Shown here piece after piece: positions 43,701-57,410 of a DNA stretch of 64,000 bases. This DNA is from Macrostomum lignano (taxonomy: Eukaryota). The notes under the pieces are model-generated. The model was given only the letters and a program-made list of their open reading frames with translations. It did no database searches and had not been told where the DNA came from. Made by a program: the position numbers and the translations under genes. The number at the start of each line of letters is the position of its first letter. The stretch's first letter is position 1. The stretch covers positions 62,001 to 126,000 of the forward strand of contig NIVC01002599.1 in NCBI GenBank assembly GCA_002269645.1. The letters are read 5' to 3'.

Positions 43701-43934
43701 AGGCAGCAAAGGCCCGCAGCACAGGCGCAGCCTGCTTCGGCGAATCCGCCAAATCCGAGGCGGCACCGCATCGACTGGAGGAAAGTTGGAGAGAAATCGG
43801 ATTGTCCGCCGCAGCAGCAGCAGCAGCAATCCACAGAGAGCAAGCTCGCTCAGCACAGAGCCTGGCTGTACAACTACGCCAGGTTGAACGGACTGCCTCC
43901 GTCTGGAAGCAAACCGCTGACACCTCAGGCCTAG
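40756..43934 (+). CDS. CEP164: Centrosomal protein CEP164-like (WW domain plus coiled coil), about 551 aa; exons 40756-42131, 43655-43934
   Basis: EEYQPTVEEQLEYAATIGIDPESEPELMHLAAEGLKAALPPNWRP...[28 protein letters not shown] matches the CEP164 N-terminus. An E/R-rich coiled coil follows. The phase-2 intron joins in frame. A probable 5'UTR intron lies at 40659-40747. Confidence 0.8.
42925..43485. repeat. 30-bp minisatellite (TGGTCTGTACGGAGGGCACGGAAGGGTTGG), CEP164 intron
   Basis: Period 30; columns align in the 60-nt display. Confidence 0.93.
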
Positions 43935-44547
43935 AAACACTAAAAAGCTAAAAAGCCATTTGGAATCGAAACTTAGCAAAACCCATCGTGCTCAAACAAA
44001 GCTGCTCAGGCCGTAGTAGAAGATGACATCTTTTTATTTGGATTGTTGCTGTTCGGATTATATTTTCGTTTCAAATTTTCGTCTTTCATTTCTAGCCATA
44101 TAAAAACACGTTGTTTATTAGTTCCGTTTCAGCCGAAAGCTGGACTTTGAAGTTATTTTGTTATAATTATCCATGTTTTAACTTTTTTCTAGGAAACTTA
44201 TTGTTGCTAAGATATTTTCTTAGAAAAATTGAATAGGTGTTAAATTAATACTTGGTTGACATGAATAGCTAACTGCTATGCTTCCAGTACTACAATCCAG
44301 CATCCATATTTTGATTTTTTGTGTTTGGCCGCTTCATTTAAGAAGCTTCTTAGTTTTATTATTTATTGGATTCTACTATCTGCTTCATGTAAAGCAATTG
44401 CTGCATCGATGCTCGCTGCTATTTCAATTATTTCTAAATAAAGCCACAACAGAATTAATTGATTTGCTAATTTCTAGTTATCAGTTACACAGTTGCAACC
44501 CGTCTTCTAAATTACTCCCAAGAGGGCGCAGCGTATGCCTACAACAC

Positions 44548-44877
<330 letters not shown>

Positions 44878-45873
44878 ATATTATAACATTTTCTGTAGTA
44901 AGCTCGGTGCGGATAATATGTCGCTTGGACGCTGGGAGTGTTCCGTCAGTTTCTCGCTTGTCGACGATCTTGAAGGCTTGCTTGAAAGCAGGGGAACGTG
45001 CGCGGCGTCAGATTCCTTGTCTCAGCTTTGTATAGCTAGCGCAGGAGGCCTCGACCACCGACCAGTTCGGAAATAGGTCGTGCTAACCCTGGGGCCCACA
45101 ATATTCAGTAGAGGCGCAATAATTCACTTCAAGACTAACAAACAACCAATAGAGGCTAATTCCACTCAAGCTACTATCAGTAGGCAGAATCTTCTTTAAC
45201 GAACATTTTACGTACTTCACTTGAGTTAAATTTGGAATTCTGACTTTTGCGCATAGTTTAGTCAGTCAACTGAGTGACTGCAGGTAAGAAGTGAAGGCTA
45301 TTTGACTAAGGCTTCCAATCCACGATTTTCTTGCTTAGTACTAGTACCTGAACAAACAAGGACTGTTGACTTTGGCCTTGCAGTTGAGGCGCTTTCTCTC
45401 CTGCTGCTTCATTCGCACATTCCTGAGAATGTCAAATTATTCAACACTAATAATGAAGTTCTCGCCATAACAACTCCATCAAAATCAGATTTGCGACTAG
45501 AAAGGACTCTGAACCAACATGCTAACAAGTGTCTCATTGCTGTCAACCTCGAAGTCATAGCCGATTTAAAGGACACTGCTGGGACCGCATCGCATTGACT
45601 GTGCAGGGGATAGAGAGGACTTTTTCGAGAGTGGAGTGTATTCCCAGATAATACACAGGTACATGTGCTTGCTCCCTTTTGGCCTGAAATGTGTCAACTC
45701 GTCGGCAGTCTCTTCCTCTAGGCAATAGCGAGGACTGCACTAAAGTACATGTCTGGCGGTTGGCTTGGATGACAGGTTAATTGACTCGGAACTGCACTGC
45801 TTTAAATCCACTGCGACTTTCTTTTCAATAATTGTTCACTATTAAACTTCTGCCTCGAATTCAGCACATAAAA

Positions 45874-46685
45874 CAACAACAACAACAACAACAACAAGTT
45901 ACGCCCCAGGGTCGATGTTGGGCGTCACAGGTCGCGCCTCAGAGCACGGGAGCGGAGAAAGGCCGGTCCACCGGCCTGGTCGGGGGCGCCAGCATCGGCC
46001 AGCAGGCAGTCCGGATACCGCCGAGTGCGCGCCTGCCCCCGCCGGAAGGGCGCCGGGAGCGCAAGCAGCAGCGTCTCCTGCGCCGGCTCGGGGCAGTACG
46101 CCTCAGCGCGGATGAGGTGGCCTGCCAGCTGGAGCCGCCGACGGCGGAGCAGATCGCTGGGGCGGGACAGGCGAGCTCGGGCGTACAGCGCCACGTTGGT
46201 GACATGCTCACCGCCGCCGATCTTGAAGGCAGCGCGCAGCAGGCCGGCGTGCGCTGCGTCGACCTGTCGCTCGAGCGTCTCCGTCAGCGTCCATGTTTCA
46301 GCGTTGTAGAGCAGGACGGTCTCGATCATCGCCTGGAACAACGCCGAGCGCTGGCGGTCTGGCAGGGCCGCAGAGTGCAGGACGGTCCTCATGGAGTTGA
46401 AGGCCGCCCAAGCGAGTCCACGGCGACGCCTCAGGTCGTCGAAGGCGTCAGGTACCAGGCCGCCGAGGTACACGAACTGCTGAACGCGCGGCAGCAGCGT
46501 TGCCTGCCCATCAGCGCCTCGGCAGTAGATGTCGGCTTGGATGTTGGTGGGCATGGTGAGCACGACGGTCTTTTGCGTGTTGATCACCAGGCCGACGCTC
46601 GCAGCAACGCCAACCAGACGGTCCAGCTGACGTTGGGCGCCCTCGACGGTTGAGGACAGCAGAGCGAGATCATCGGCGAGAACAC
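45874..46685 (-). mobile_element. 5'-truncated RTE-like non-LTR retrotransposon
   Basis: RT C-terminal part LADDLALL...GLVINTQKT...FVYLGG...ETVLLYNAETWTL. The 3' tail is (TTG)n, seen as (CAA)n on the + strand at about 45874-45897. A 12-bp TSD CAGCACATAAAA sits at 45862-45873 and 46686-46697. Confidence 0.88.
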
Positions 46686-47645
46686 CAGCACATAAAAGCA
46701 AGTAATTAAAAGTGCGAATACCAGTTTGCAACTGAGCAAAAGGTAAAAAATAAAGTGCACCCGATAGAACAGGTCAAGAAGGCCTTTGACTCAACTGATC
46801 AGATTGATAAATCATAAAAATGCACTTTTAAATCATAAAAACTGCCTACGAGATGGTAACTTCTTAGCACAAAACTAGCAAAAATTGATCCCTAAGAACA
46901 AGTACAAGATGTCATAGAAAATGAACAAATAAGTCCCAGAATAAATACAAGGTAAAGAGGAAAAACTCAGAACTAGCCTACTGATAAAAGTAGAAGAGAA
47001 GGATATGAAAGCCTAGGTGGGATTCTAAGATTGCAAAAAGTGTAATAAATAATCAAAGCTTTACAATTATCTTGACCAGTTGAGAACGGCTTGGGCAAAA
47101 CTGTACTCTTTACTCTATAGAAAATCAATAATTAGTTCGTAAATTCTTACTGAGAGAAGTAAAGAGATAAAGAGGGATAGAAAGAGAGAGACAGAGAGTA
47201 CTCACAACTCTATCTCTCTGCTCAATCTAACTCGTCTTCACCTCGACTCATCCAGGTAAAAAGGCGGTGCCAAGATGACGAGAAGCGTAGAGAAGAGATT
47301 GGGGAGGGCAGCGGGGAGGCGGTTGTTTGTGGGATCTGCAGGCTCTACAGCGGAGAGGATACAGCTGATTGGGGAGTTGACTGTTGAGCAGAGCGGGACG
47401 GGAATCCCGCAGATTAGCGGAGTGACTGTAGCGGAGATACGACTATACGGGCTACAGGACAGTGAGCTCACAGCTCTGGCAACCTGAGAGATCGTAGGTC
47501 CAACTGCTCAACCCAAACTATAGGTCGGGCAGTATATTGAATAGCTAAGCCATGCTCAACAGCCTATCTCTGGCAGTATATATTAAGGATCAGATTCTCA
47601 ACTAATCTGGAGCGTTAGAGTTAATTCTGAATCTTCCGCGAAACC

Positions 47646-48343
47646 ATGAGCTACACGAACTACAACACGGTAACTATGGTGATCAATGTCGTTTGCATTC
47701 TCTAGTATGCTTCTGTGTTCTATACTGATTTGCATTTGCATAATATTACAATACACTGTCCGTCACTCTAATTAATTAACTTACCCCTTTCCGACCAAAG
47801 TCGGAAAGCGCTAATGAAAGCCTCAAGGTTAAAATAGTCAACGTTACCTGATTGTAAGAGACAAAATTGTTCTCAACTGACACCTAACAGGAGCAGCCGG
47901 CCTACGGCCAGTACACGAATCCCGTGATGCACCAGCCCGCAACCATCGGTCAGCCAGTGGTGGTCACGCAGCCGATGTACACAACCACTGGAACAGCCAG
48001 CAGCGCCCAAGAGAAGGACTGGAACAGCGGCCTGTGCGGTTGTTGCGAGGACGTCTCCTCTTGCCTGTGCGTGTGGTGCTGCGGGCCCTGCTACCTCTGC
48101 TTCAGCCTGTCGCCTCGCATGGGTGAGCACTGCTGCACGCCGGTCTGTCTGAGCTGCGTTGACCCGTCCGGTTCTGCTCTGACTGTGCTAGTCTACCGCA
48201 CTAAACTGCGAGCCAGGTACAACATTCGAGGCTCGGTGATCAACGATTGCTGCTGCTCAGTTTGCTGCGGCGCTCTGGTTGCCTGCCAGATTAAGAGAGA
48301 GCTGGACCACCTGGAGTCCTCGCTGGGTCGGCCGCCATTCTGA
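47646..48343 (+). CDS. PLAC8/cornifelin family Cys-rich protein; exons 47646-47669, 47891-48343
   Basis: WNSGLCGCCED...CCGPC...RTKLRARYNIRGSVINDCC...CCGALVACQIKREL is the PLAC8 family signature. The short ATG exon joins in phase 0. Confidence 0.88.
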
Positions 48344-48384
48344 GTTGGCTTTGTATTGGGGGCTTTGAAGTTTCTGACATCCTG

Positions 48385-48740
48385 GTGTGAGCCGTGGGGA
48401 TTTGTAGTGTTTGACATCCTATTAGTGTGAGCTATGGGGATTTGTAGTGTTTGACATCCTATTAGTGTGAGCTATGGGGATTTGTAGTGTTTGACATCCT
48501 ATTAGTGCAAGCTGTGGGGATTTGTAGTGTTTGACATCCTATTAGTGTGAGCTATGGGGATTTGTAGTGTTTGACATCCTATTAGTGTGAGCTATGGGGA
48601 TTTGTAGTGTTTGACATCCTATTAGTGCAAGCTGTGGGGATTTGTAGTGTTTGACATCCTATTAGTGTGAGCTATGGGGATTTGTAGTGTTTGACATCCT
48701 ATTAGTGTGAGCTATGGGGATTTGTAGTGTTTGACATCCT
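48385..48740. repeat. 40-bp minisatellite (TTTGTAGTGTTTGACATCCTATTAGTGTGAGCTATGGGGA) just after the PLAC8-like stop
   Basis: Period 40, about 9 copies. Confidence 0.93.
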
Positions 48741-50029
48741 AGTGCGAGTCGAAGACTTCTTAAAGGAAGTATAGCTACAGGTATTTAATTCGCCTATGAG
48801 GAAAGTTAATCAGGTTTTTCATTACTTTCGTAACCTGAAAGCTTTATTTCTGAGTGCTTAGTTTTTGTCGTGATGACTACTGAATACAGCATATCTGTCC
48901 GTATGAGAATATTTAGTTGGAGAATTTTCTCTGACTCATTAAGGATTCAGATTGTTAGATAAACACAGAAATTGTTCGTGGTAATAGTTCCAGAAAATGT
49001 GTCTTAGGCTATACTCTGGAAACTCTCGTTTCTATGCTGAGTTTGAGAAAACTTATTTATAAACTCGATGAATACTTGGTCTTAATCCAGGAAATCATAT
49101 TTTTAAGCTTGAGCAACTGTTCCAGCTAAGATTTAGCAGTTTCTCAATTGCGTCCAATCTGTCAACAAGATTTAATGTTACACGCGCGATGAAAGTCCTT
49201 TATGTTGATTTTTCCTGAAAACATTTTTCACTTCATGTTTAACCAGACTTTGATATGGTCTATTCGGTGCAAACGTATGCTTATCTTCTAGAAGCGATCA
49301 ATAAAAAGTGCATGATTGAGCAATTCGTCAGCTAGCTTTCAGTTTAATTCCCGACTTGGACACTTATTTATTTGTTAATTATTCAGCTGAGAAAGTACCA
49401 GGTATGCATGATTGAAAAATCTGGGAAAAAATTAAACAAATTATTTCGCGGCTAGGCAAAACTGAGTCGCGCATCGTGGCGGCAAGCTGATATGATGATT
49501 CTAATTTTTTTATACGAAGTATCTAATTTTTTTTGAAGAACATCGATTTTTCTTAGAAATGAGCCGGGGAGGGTAAGGAGCGTGTACATTAGTCGTATAC
49601 CGCTAATGCATTTCGCGATCGAATCTCGACCGAATTTGTCTATGGCGTAACCCCATTCAGCGCTATGTGTTCTCTATAGAGCATACTAAATGCGCTGGCG
49701 ATACGACAGATACACCGGCCTCCAGCTCATTTCTAAGAAAATCGAGTGTGGGGTCCTTCTACTTCACATGAGACGATCGTTTACATTCTATTACCTAATA
49801 AGATACGATGCGCTAGGAAAGGAAGTAAGCAAATGTTCACCCAGTGTCATAATCTATTTAATCAACCGAAATCGTTGGACTGGTTGGACGAGTTATATCA
49901 GACCAGCAATTGGAGCAACAACCGTGGCATCTACATTAACAACAACAGCGGCTTCGGCAGCTACATCTAATGGAACAACAACAGCGGCATATGAAGGTAT
50001 CTACTACTGAATCATCTGCATCCTCAGCG

Positions 50030-50330
50030 CGGTTCGTAGGCTAGATGATGCAGAATTAAAAGCGGAACTGGGCCTCCGCTATTCCAGACAACACGCGTCG
50101 CAAAGAACCATTGGCCCTTAATGTGTTCAACGAGTGGCGAAATGCGCGCCAGAACGCAGTTTTTCGAGGAGAAACGAAAGGACTTCTTGTCTCCAAACCG
50201 ATCAAAGAATGGAGTCGAGGCGATTGGAACAATCTTCTGAGGCGATTCTTCGTCGAGGTGCGCAAACACGATGGGAGCAAGTACAACGCGTCAAGCCATC
50301 GAGGGCACTGCTGCCTGTGGTTCAACTGAC
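50030..50330 (+). pseudogene. Crypton/DUF3504-related (tyrosine recombinase-derived) N-terminal fragment
   Basis: Frameshifted LDDAEL...AIPDNTRRK..LALNVFNEWRNARQ...IKEWSRGDWNNLLRRFFVEVRKHDGSKYNASS resembles the NT...WA..VF.EW...L..F..EVRK.DG..Y..SS block of Cryptons and QRICH1/ZMYM/KCTD1-like domains. Confidence 0.55.
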
Positions 50331-51241
50331 GAACCTCGTCCATCCAAGAAGAGGTAGACATGGGAGTGACTATCTACATCTATACCATCAATAATGTGAT
50401 GAACTTTCGGACAATTGTTAGCCATGCTTAACTTCTTGTTGCACTTTTGCATTCATGTCGTTTCTGTGAGACGAGTTAAATAGTCTTAGTAGGTTAAGCA
50501 TACTTTACAGTTAAAGTATCGTACATGTACAACTTCGGGCATCGGAATGTCAGGTCCTTCCTGCCAGAGCACCTATCCATTTTAGCGTAATAGTTGTGTT
50601 GTAAGGGTTCCAAGCTACACTACTGAAAGTAGATACACGATTTCTATATACAAGGCGTCTATGACGAAATTAATAAATGCACGACTGATTTAATATAACC
50701 ATCATATTCATATTCCTCTAAAACGTAACTGTGGATTCGAAATCGGAACAAGTTTACTCAGCATTCAATATCCCTAATAAGCCATATAGCTACTTATCAG
50801 TCATAAATCACTTACAGAAGAGTCTCTGACAGTAGAATTGCGATTCTTTCGCGAGTTGTCTCAGTTTTCAATTGCATGCAGAACACTTACTTGCCGATAG
50901 AGTCCATGTCGGCAGGCGGGCTGGTAGAGTGTTTGCACTGTGCAAACCAGACTGCTTCACTATCGACGCGTCTCCCATCGTCAGGGCTGGATTGAACGGG
51001 GAACAGTACTCGGTTTCCATGACTACGGAGGTAAAATAAAACATCTCGAAGCATTTTACATTGGACTGAGAACAAACACAGTTCGATCAATACAGCAAAC
51101 GCACCATACAGTTAAAAAGAAGGCTTGGAAATTCTTGATTTTCTGATTCGTCGAAGAACCAATGCAAGAGGCTGCTACTTTCTAGAGGGTAGAGACGTCA
51201 CAGAACATTAGCTCGTAGTAACCTGGCATTTAATAAATCTG

Positions 51242-53265
51242 ATGGTAAGTACATTCGAGAAGATGCTCAATATGCTTGCTCTTAATAGCTGTTCTGCACC
51301 GTAGATCGGTTGATTCGAAAGCTCTGCTTTGAACAACCATCACAGGTGGACCATTTTTGTAAGCCGCCGACAATGTTAGAGATGCCGGAGCTGAAGCGCA
51401 TTCTGCACGAGGACGACGCGGAGTCGCTGATCGTCCAGCTCGAGCTGGCCAAGCCCCTCTCTCTGCAGCAGATTCTGCAGCTTGGTATCGAGCAGCTGGG
51501 TGATGACGCCGGCACTGCTGACTGCATCAAGTGCGGCAGGTCCGACTTCACGTCGTTCCTCATCGCTCACTCAACCCTGCTGGAAGTGGCCGCGTGCACA
51601 CTCGCTCTCAACTGTGTCACTCTCCTCATCGACGAGTTGGAGGCCGCAGCGGAGTTTGTCGCTGACGCCGACGCCGACGCCGACGCTCTTCATCGGGCAG
51701 TCGGAGGGTCAGTCGTGCCGCTGCACTGTCTCATTGTGAAGCTGTTCACTCTGAGAGGAGGCGGCGGCGGCGGCGGCGATGCGGCATTCGAGGACCGGGC
51801 GGTGAGATTCGTGCGCCAAGTGTCGGCCGCGCGGCCTCGCTTCTTCCGCGTGTGCGCAGAGAAGGAGGCGTTCGGCCACAATGCTCTCGAGCTGGCAGTC
51901 AGTCTGCAGCTGTTCTCACTGGCTGAGTGCATTCTCGAGTCGGGCAAGTACTGCGGCGAGGTCAGTCTCGTAGCGGGCGTCAAGGTGCAGCGAGTGGATC
52001 TGAGCGAGTACGACTTCGATACCGGGGAGCGATACAACAAGAGCCCCCTGAACATGCTGGCCTTCATGGCAATGAAGGAATTGTCGCATCCTCTGAAAAG
52101 ATTTCTGGAGCATCGCATTATTGCCGAAAGCACACGCAGAATTTCTAGTCGCATTAGACGCCCGATGCTCACCAGTGCAATCGTGCTCACCATCTACAAG
52201 ATTATCATTTTGCTGTTTGCTCCAGCCAGCATCTACACCAGAGTGACTGTGACGCGCTTCAAAATCAGCGGGAACTCCAGCTCGTGTCCCCTGTTTGGAA
52301 TTCATTTATTGTGGCAATCTATTTGTGAGCACGCGCTTGTTCAAGCTGTGATGAACGTCTCTCTCGTTGCATTCAATTTGGAGTGCTGCGTGATTCTTGT
52401 TTCAAGCGTAGCTCTGGCCAAATCTCTTACCGTTCAAAAGTCGTACACTGAAACACTGCTGGAATTTGTGTTCACCAGGAGCCAGATTCCTATAAGAATC
52501 GGCATTTTGCTTCTCTCCATCATTATGGCGTACTTTTCAGTGAGAACTAGAACTGAGCCAACTTCGATGATCCCGCTGAACGAAACCCGACCGCATCAGC
52601 TTGTAGCTTTGGACTATGCTACAAGTATCATCTACTCCCTAACGGCACTAACCTTGGTTTACGATTGGATGCTGGTCATCGAGAAAATGGTTCTGCTTTG
52701 GGATGTCATGGGGATCTTTGCGTTTTTTGTTGCAATCATTTTGGTCGTGATGTCGCTGTTTTGCTGGTTAATATCGCTTGTTGTGCCATGCGACCCAGTG
52801 TTTCATCCCGAGATGTCAGCGGAGATTTCCTACACTCTTCTTACTTTCTATCTGCTGCTAAATAACGGAGGTTTGTCACGAGATTCGATCAGAACACTGG
52901 GCGCTGTGTTCCTGTTGACTCACGCGCTCATTGTTCTTTTCTGCTTCAACTTCCTTATCGCGCTGCTGTCCCAGCGTCTGTCCGTGGCATCGGAAAACCT
53001 GCATCACCTCTGCACGGCCTACCGAATGCACACGTACCATTTTGTCCAGATGGCTTTCAGGAACTTGCGGAATGCTCTTGGCCTAGATAGGCGGTGTACA
53101 TGTGCATGCATCGAAAAACAAAAAGACAATGAGTTCACGCCTTGGAGATTCTGCCTAATAACGGAAGCTAAATCGGATTTTCAAAGCGGTGATGCATTAT
53201 CAGCGAACCGAGAAAATAGCAGCAAGGATGACTTACGTAGAAGTACGGGAAACCTCGTACTATAG
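51242..53265 (+). CDS. Divergent TRPV-like cation channel; probable exons 51242-51244 (ATG only) and 51346-53265
   Basis: A degenerate ankyrin (HNALELAVSLQ), a TRPV-like linker (RVDLSEYD...SPLNML), multiple hydrophobic TM segments, and pore/S6-like LLTFYLLL...FCFNFLIALLS. The sequence ATG-GTAAGT at 51242-51250 splices in frame to the acceptor at 51345. Confidence 0.6.
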
Positions 53266-54425
53266 GTGGGAATTAGGAAAGCGATTTTTAAAAAATCAAT
53301 GGAGCAATACATAAGACAGGCATATGTAGATGTGGTACTTCGTAAATACTCTCTTGCTTTACTTACAGTAGACAAAAAGCACATTTTAACGTTTAAGGTT
53401 TAGAGATCTCTGCATACTGTACATGTTTAGCTACGAAACTCATTATAGCGCTACAATAAGCGGATTATTTTGGACCAGAGGTTATATATCGGTATTCGTT
53501 GCGATTTATCGACAGGTAAATTTACGAGCACCTGTAGAGCACACTTATTCTTTTATGATGCATAACGACCTTTTCTAACTTTTTCTTTACACATACTGAA
53601 TAATTCTTATCTATTTATCTTTTATTTAGCGCAATACCAAATTAAGTTCTAGAGTTTGAGTTTCATTATGAGTTATTGTCTAAATAAAACTGCTTAAATA
53701 AATATTGGTTGAAGTTTTGAGATAAAATTGAAGCATTTTCATCCTATTTCAAGTAGCTATTATGAAATAACTTTTGAAATAAAAAAATGCATTATTCTAC
53801 GGTTACCGGCCAAACTGGCGACAAGACGATCCGGCGACAGATATTTAATTGTCCTAATTTGTTGATCCTTGGCTGATAGAGGCGGCAGGCAACACAGTAA
53901 GCGAAGATGTGAAAGTTTTAATTGTTTGTTCGAATTTTTTTCGAAGCTGTTTTAATGCGTGCCCCGAGGCATTTGTTGACTGTACCTAATTTTTATGCAT
54001 GTGCGGTAGTCAATCAATCTATGCATGTAACAATAATCAATGGAGCGATCCAGAAAATTGAAATTGTGTAAATGTGTCTTTTTATCACATGCAACAATTA
54101 ATAATGCACATGCCAAAAATTGGAAGAATCGACCCCCGATATAGAATTTAATACTTGAAATCCACTGTAGCGCGGTAAAAAGCACAGAGCGCAGCAGAAA
54201 AATTAAAAGGAGACTCAAAACATTTCGTCATTACAAACAGACCGCGATCACAGTCAATCTCGGACCAGTTGCAAGGCTCGTTGAGCTTGCTGCACGCGAC
54301 TCCGCCTACAGTCGGAAGCACAGCTTCTGCAAGCGTTGGTACGTACACGTACCGCGCTGCCTCCGACGCTGTACGACCTGCCGGACCAGATTGTCTCTGC
54401 TGATGAATGAGTGTATAATTGCATG

Positions 54426-57335
54426 TGCCGGTGTTGAAGGCGCCTGGCTGGGCTGGAGCGAAGTCTGGGATTGGCAGAAGAGGCGCAGTTGGAGCGGGCG
54501 CGTTGAGCACCTCGCGGTAATGGGTGGCCAGCACCCAGCATCCACCCATATTGCGGTGCTCGGTGGAATCAGCGCCGACAATGGTGTTGGGCCTGGGCTT
54601 CGTGCCAATCAGCTGGTTAATGGCCCTCCAGGCAGCACTATGGCGGCAGTTGTCAGTGGCGAGTTGGATTTCGCTCACAGCCTCTTCGATGAAGGTTTCA
54701 GTCCGCTGGGCGTAGATGCGCTGCAGCTCGTCCCTGGCAGCACTGGCCTGGTCGCTGTCATGACCGTGGAGTGCAGCAGTGCTCTGCACATGCCGCCTTG
54801 CCTGGGAGATGATGAGATCGAGGTCCCACAGGGCCTTTGGATGATTTGCCTGTCATCGCCAGCAGCGATGCAGCAGCCTCGACGGCGTGATGGAAAGATT
54901 CGAAGGACTCGGCTGGAGCAGGAGTGGCGGCAAGCAGCTTGCGTAGGAAGACCTGCCGCATGTCCGGGTTTCTCAGGTCGGCCCAGAGCGGGTGAGGTGG
55001 CGCAGGCCCGAGCTTTTGTCAGTGCAGATCAAAGTCGCATGCCACCAAGCGGTGATCAGATTGGACGCAGTCCGGGCGGATGTTGAGGACTCTGCGCACC
55101 CTGGACCTCAGAGCAGTTGGGCAGAGAATCCAGTCCAACCGAGTCGTTCGCCCGTTGGGGCCAGAGAGAGTTGAAAGCTTGCTGAAGCGCTGTCGCATGG
55201 TGCCATTGACAGGCATCAGATCTCTGACCTCGATAAAACTGGATAGAAAAGGTGAGTTGGCATTGGGGATGCCACTGGCAATGGCGAGTTGAAGTGCACC
55301 AGCAACAATGACAGAGTCACGAGCAGGGATGGAATCAAGCATGCAGCCCAGAGTGTCGTAAAATGCTTCTGTCTCAGATGGATCTTTGCTGGTCCGGGGG
55401 GGGGGGCCGTTGGAGCATAGACGCAGATGATGTGAAGTCGCCTGTCTTTTCCGGCAAAGGAGGCGTGTTCCAGGCGCTCGGATGGAAACCTGATGTCCAG
55501 CAGCGCTCTGGATGCGGCGAGCGACAGCATCGGCTGGGCCTAAGCCGATACCTCCAGTTCCCTGTGGAGTGGCTGGGGCAGCCTTGAATTGCCAGCTTAA
55601 ACCCAGATCCATAGTCTCGTCAGGGTTCTGCCGCCGATGTTCTTGAACTGCCAGGATGGAGATGTTGAGGTCGGCCGCCAGCCTTGTCAGCTCCTGCAGT
55701 TTCCATGTCTGACTGAGAGTGCGGGCATTGAAGGTGGCGACCCGAATCTGGTTTTGAAGATGCGGCTGACTTGTCTCCTTGGCTCTGCTTGTGCGCGCAT
55801 TGCGGGGGGCCGAGTTGGGTGGAAGCGATGGCCCTTGAGGCTCCGGTTGGCAGACCGCGAGTCCTGGTGGGTCCGACGAGCATTGTCGCGGAGCTCTTTG
55901 CGCCACGCATTAAAGGGCTGCCGGCGGCGCTGAGAGGCTTCCTGACTCCGTCGTCCCCTGTGAGTCACCAGCTTGGTTGCGCCGCGCTATCAGGACTGAT
56001 GGCGGCTCCATTGGCACCTGGCCGATGCTCTGGCCGAAGCATCTGGCCGGCCGGAGTGATTCTGCACAACCGCCTCCTGCCCGGCCTCAACCCGCTGCTG
56101 CTGAGCCTCCAAAGCGGCTTCCGCCCGGGCAGGTCCACCACCGAGCAGGTTGCCACCATCCGCTCTGTCATTGAGGCCTCCAAGACCCGCCAGCGCTCCG
56201 TGTCAATCATCTTTGTCGACTTTCGCAAGGCGTCTGACTCGGTGTCCAGGCCTGCGATCTCTTGGCTTTTATCTCACTATGGTACCTGCTGCGCTGGTGA
56301 GCGCGGTGATGGACATCTACCGCGACTCCAGGGCTTTTTTCATGTCGAGCGACGGCCCCACAGAAAAGTTCGGCACCAGCTCAGGCGTCCTTCAGGGCGA
56401 CACGCTGGCTCCTCTGCTCTTCCTCGTGGTTGTGGACTACGTGCTTCGTCGGTCCCTCCGCGAGGATGACAGCTACTTGCTGGTCTCACGCCGAAGCTCC
56501 AGACACCCTGCTGTTTCGCTTGGCGTATGCTAACGACATCCCGCTGCTCTGCCGCGATCCAGCTGCTGCCCAGCGCGCTCTCACAAGGCTCTGCGACGAG
56601 GGTGCCCGTGTTGGGCTGCTGGTGAACGCTCGCAAGACGGAGGCGCTGCACGTGTGCACGAATACCGCCCCAACTCTAACGCTGCCCAATGGAGACCGCA
56701 TCGCGGTGTGCGAGGACTTCCGGTTCCTCGGCGCCCTGGTGATGAGCCCCGATGCGATTGTCTCCGACAGGAGGAACCAGGAACGTTTTTAATTCAGCTG
56801 CCAGAGACGACCTGAAGGTGCGCCTGTTCCGCGCGGCCATCGAGCCGATCCTGATTTACGGCATGGAGGCTGTGCCGCTGACCAAAACGCGAGAGCGAGC
56901 CTTGGACGCGCTTTACCGATCGCTGCTGCGCTACGCACTGGGCGTGCACAACCCGGATCGCCTGCCGACCAACGCTCTGATGGCCCGCGCTCGAACTCCG
57001 CCCCTGAGCGCTACCCTGCGCCGGCGCCGTCAGATGCTGCTGGGCCACTGCCTACGGACCCTGGGTCGCGTTGCGCCCGTCCCTCTGGCCCTGGCCATGC
57101 TGCACTGGCCGACCGTGCAATTGCGCCGCGGCCAGGCCCGCACTGCCACTCTGGCGGACTGCCTCATCGCTGACTTGCAGGCGCTTGAGCTCACCCCTCA
57201 GGCTGCTGCTGCCTGCCCCTCCCGCCTGTTCTGCGAGCGCATGTGCGCAAGGGGCCTCCCCTCTGCGTCCTAATATATATAATAATAGAATAATAAATAA
57301 TATTTATTATTATATTATATTATATATTATTTCCT

Positions 57336-57370
<35 letters not shown>

Positions 57371-57410
57371 TATATATATATACATATATATTATTATTAT
57401 TATTATATAT
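54426..57410. mobile_element. Degraded RTE-like LINE with inverted 5' half (EN and linker on - strand c.56050-54426; RT and C-terminus on + strand c.56055-57273; TA-rich tail)
   Basis: Minus strand: APE endonuclease start VATFNARTL...ILAVQEHR and the linker ending VLNAP...AFNTG. Plus strand: QSGFRPGRS, VDFRKASDSV, GVLQGDTLAPLLF, YAND (mutated YADD), with frameshifts. Candidate TSD tataattgcatg (54414-54425) / tatatttgcatg (57410-57421). Confidence 0.8.

Noticed and set aside
45302-45740. Short ORFs next to the first LINE
   Set aside because: No recognisable motif and no ATG start for the longer frame.
50887-51090. Minus-strand ORF ending in a good donor (GGCAA-GTAAGT at 50891)
   Set aside because: No recognisable protein similarity and no downstream exon could be identified.
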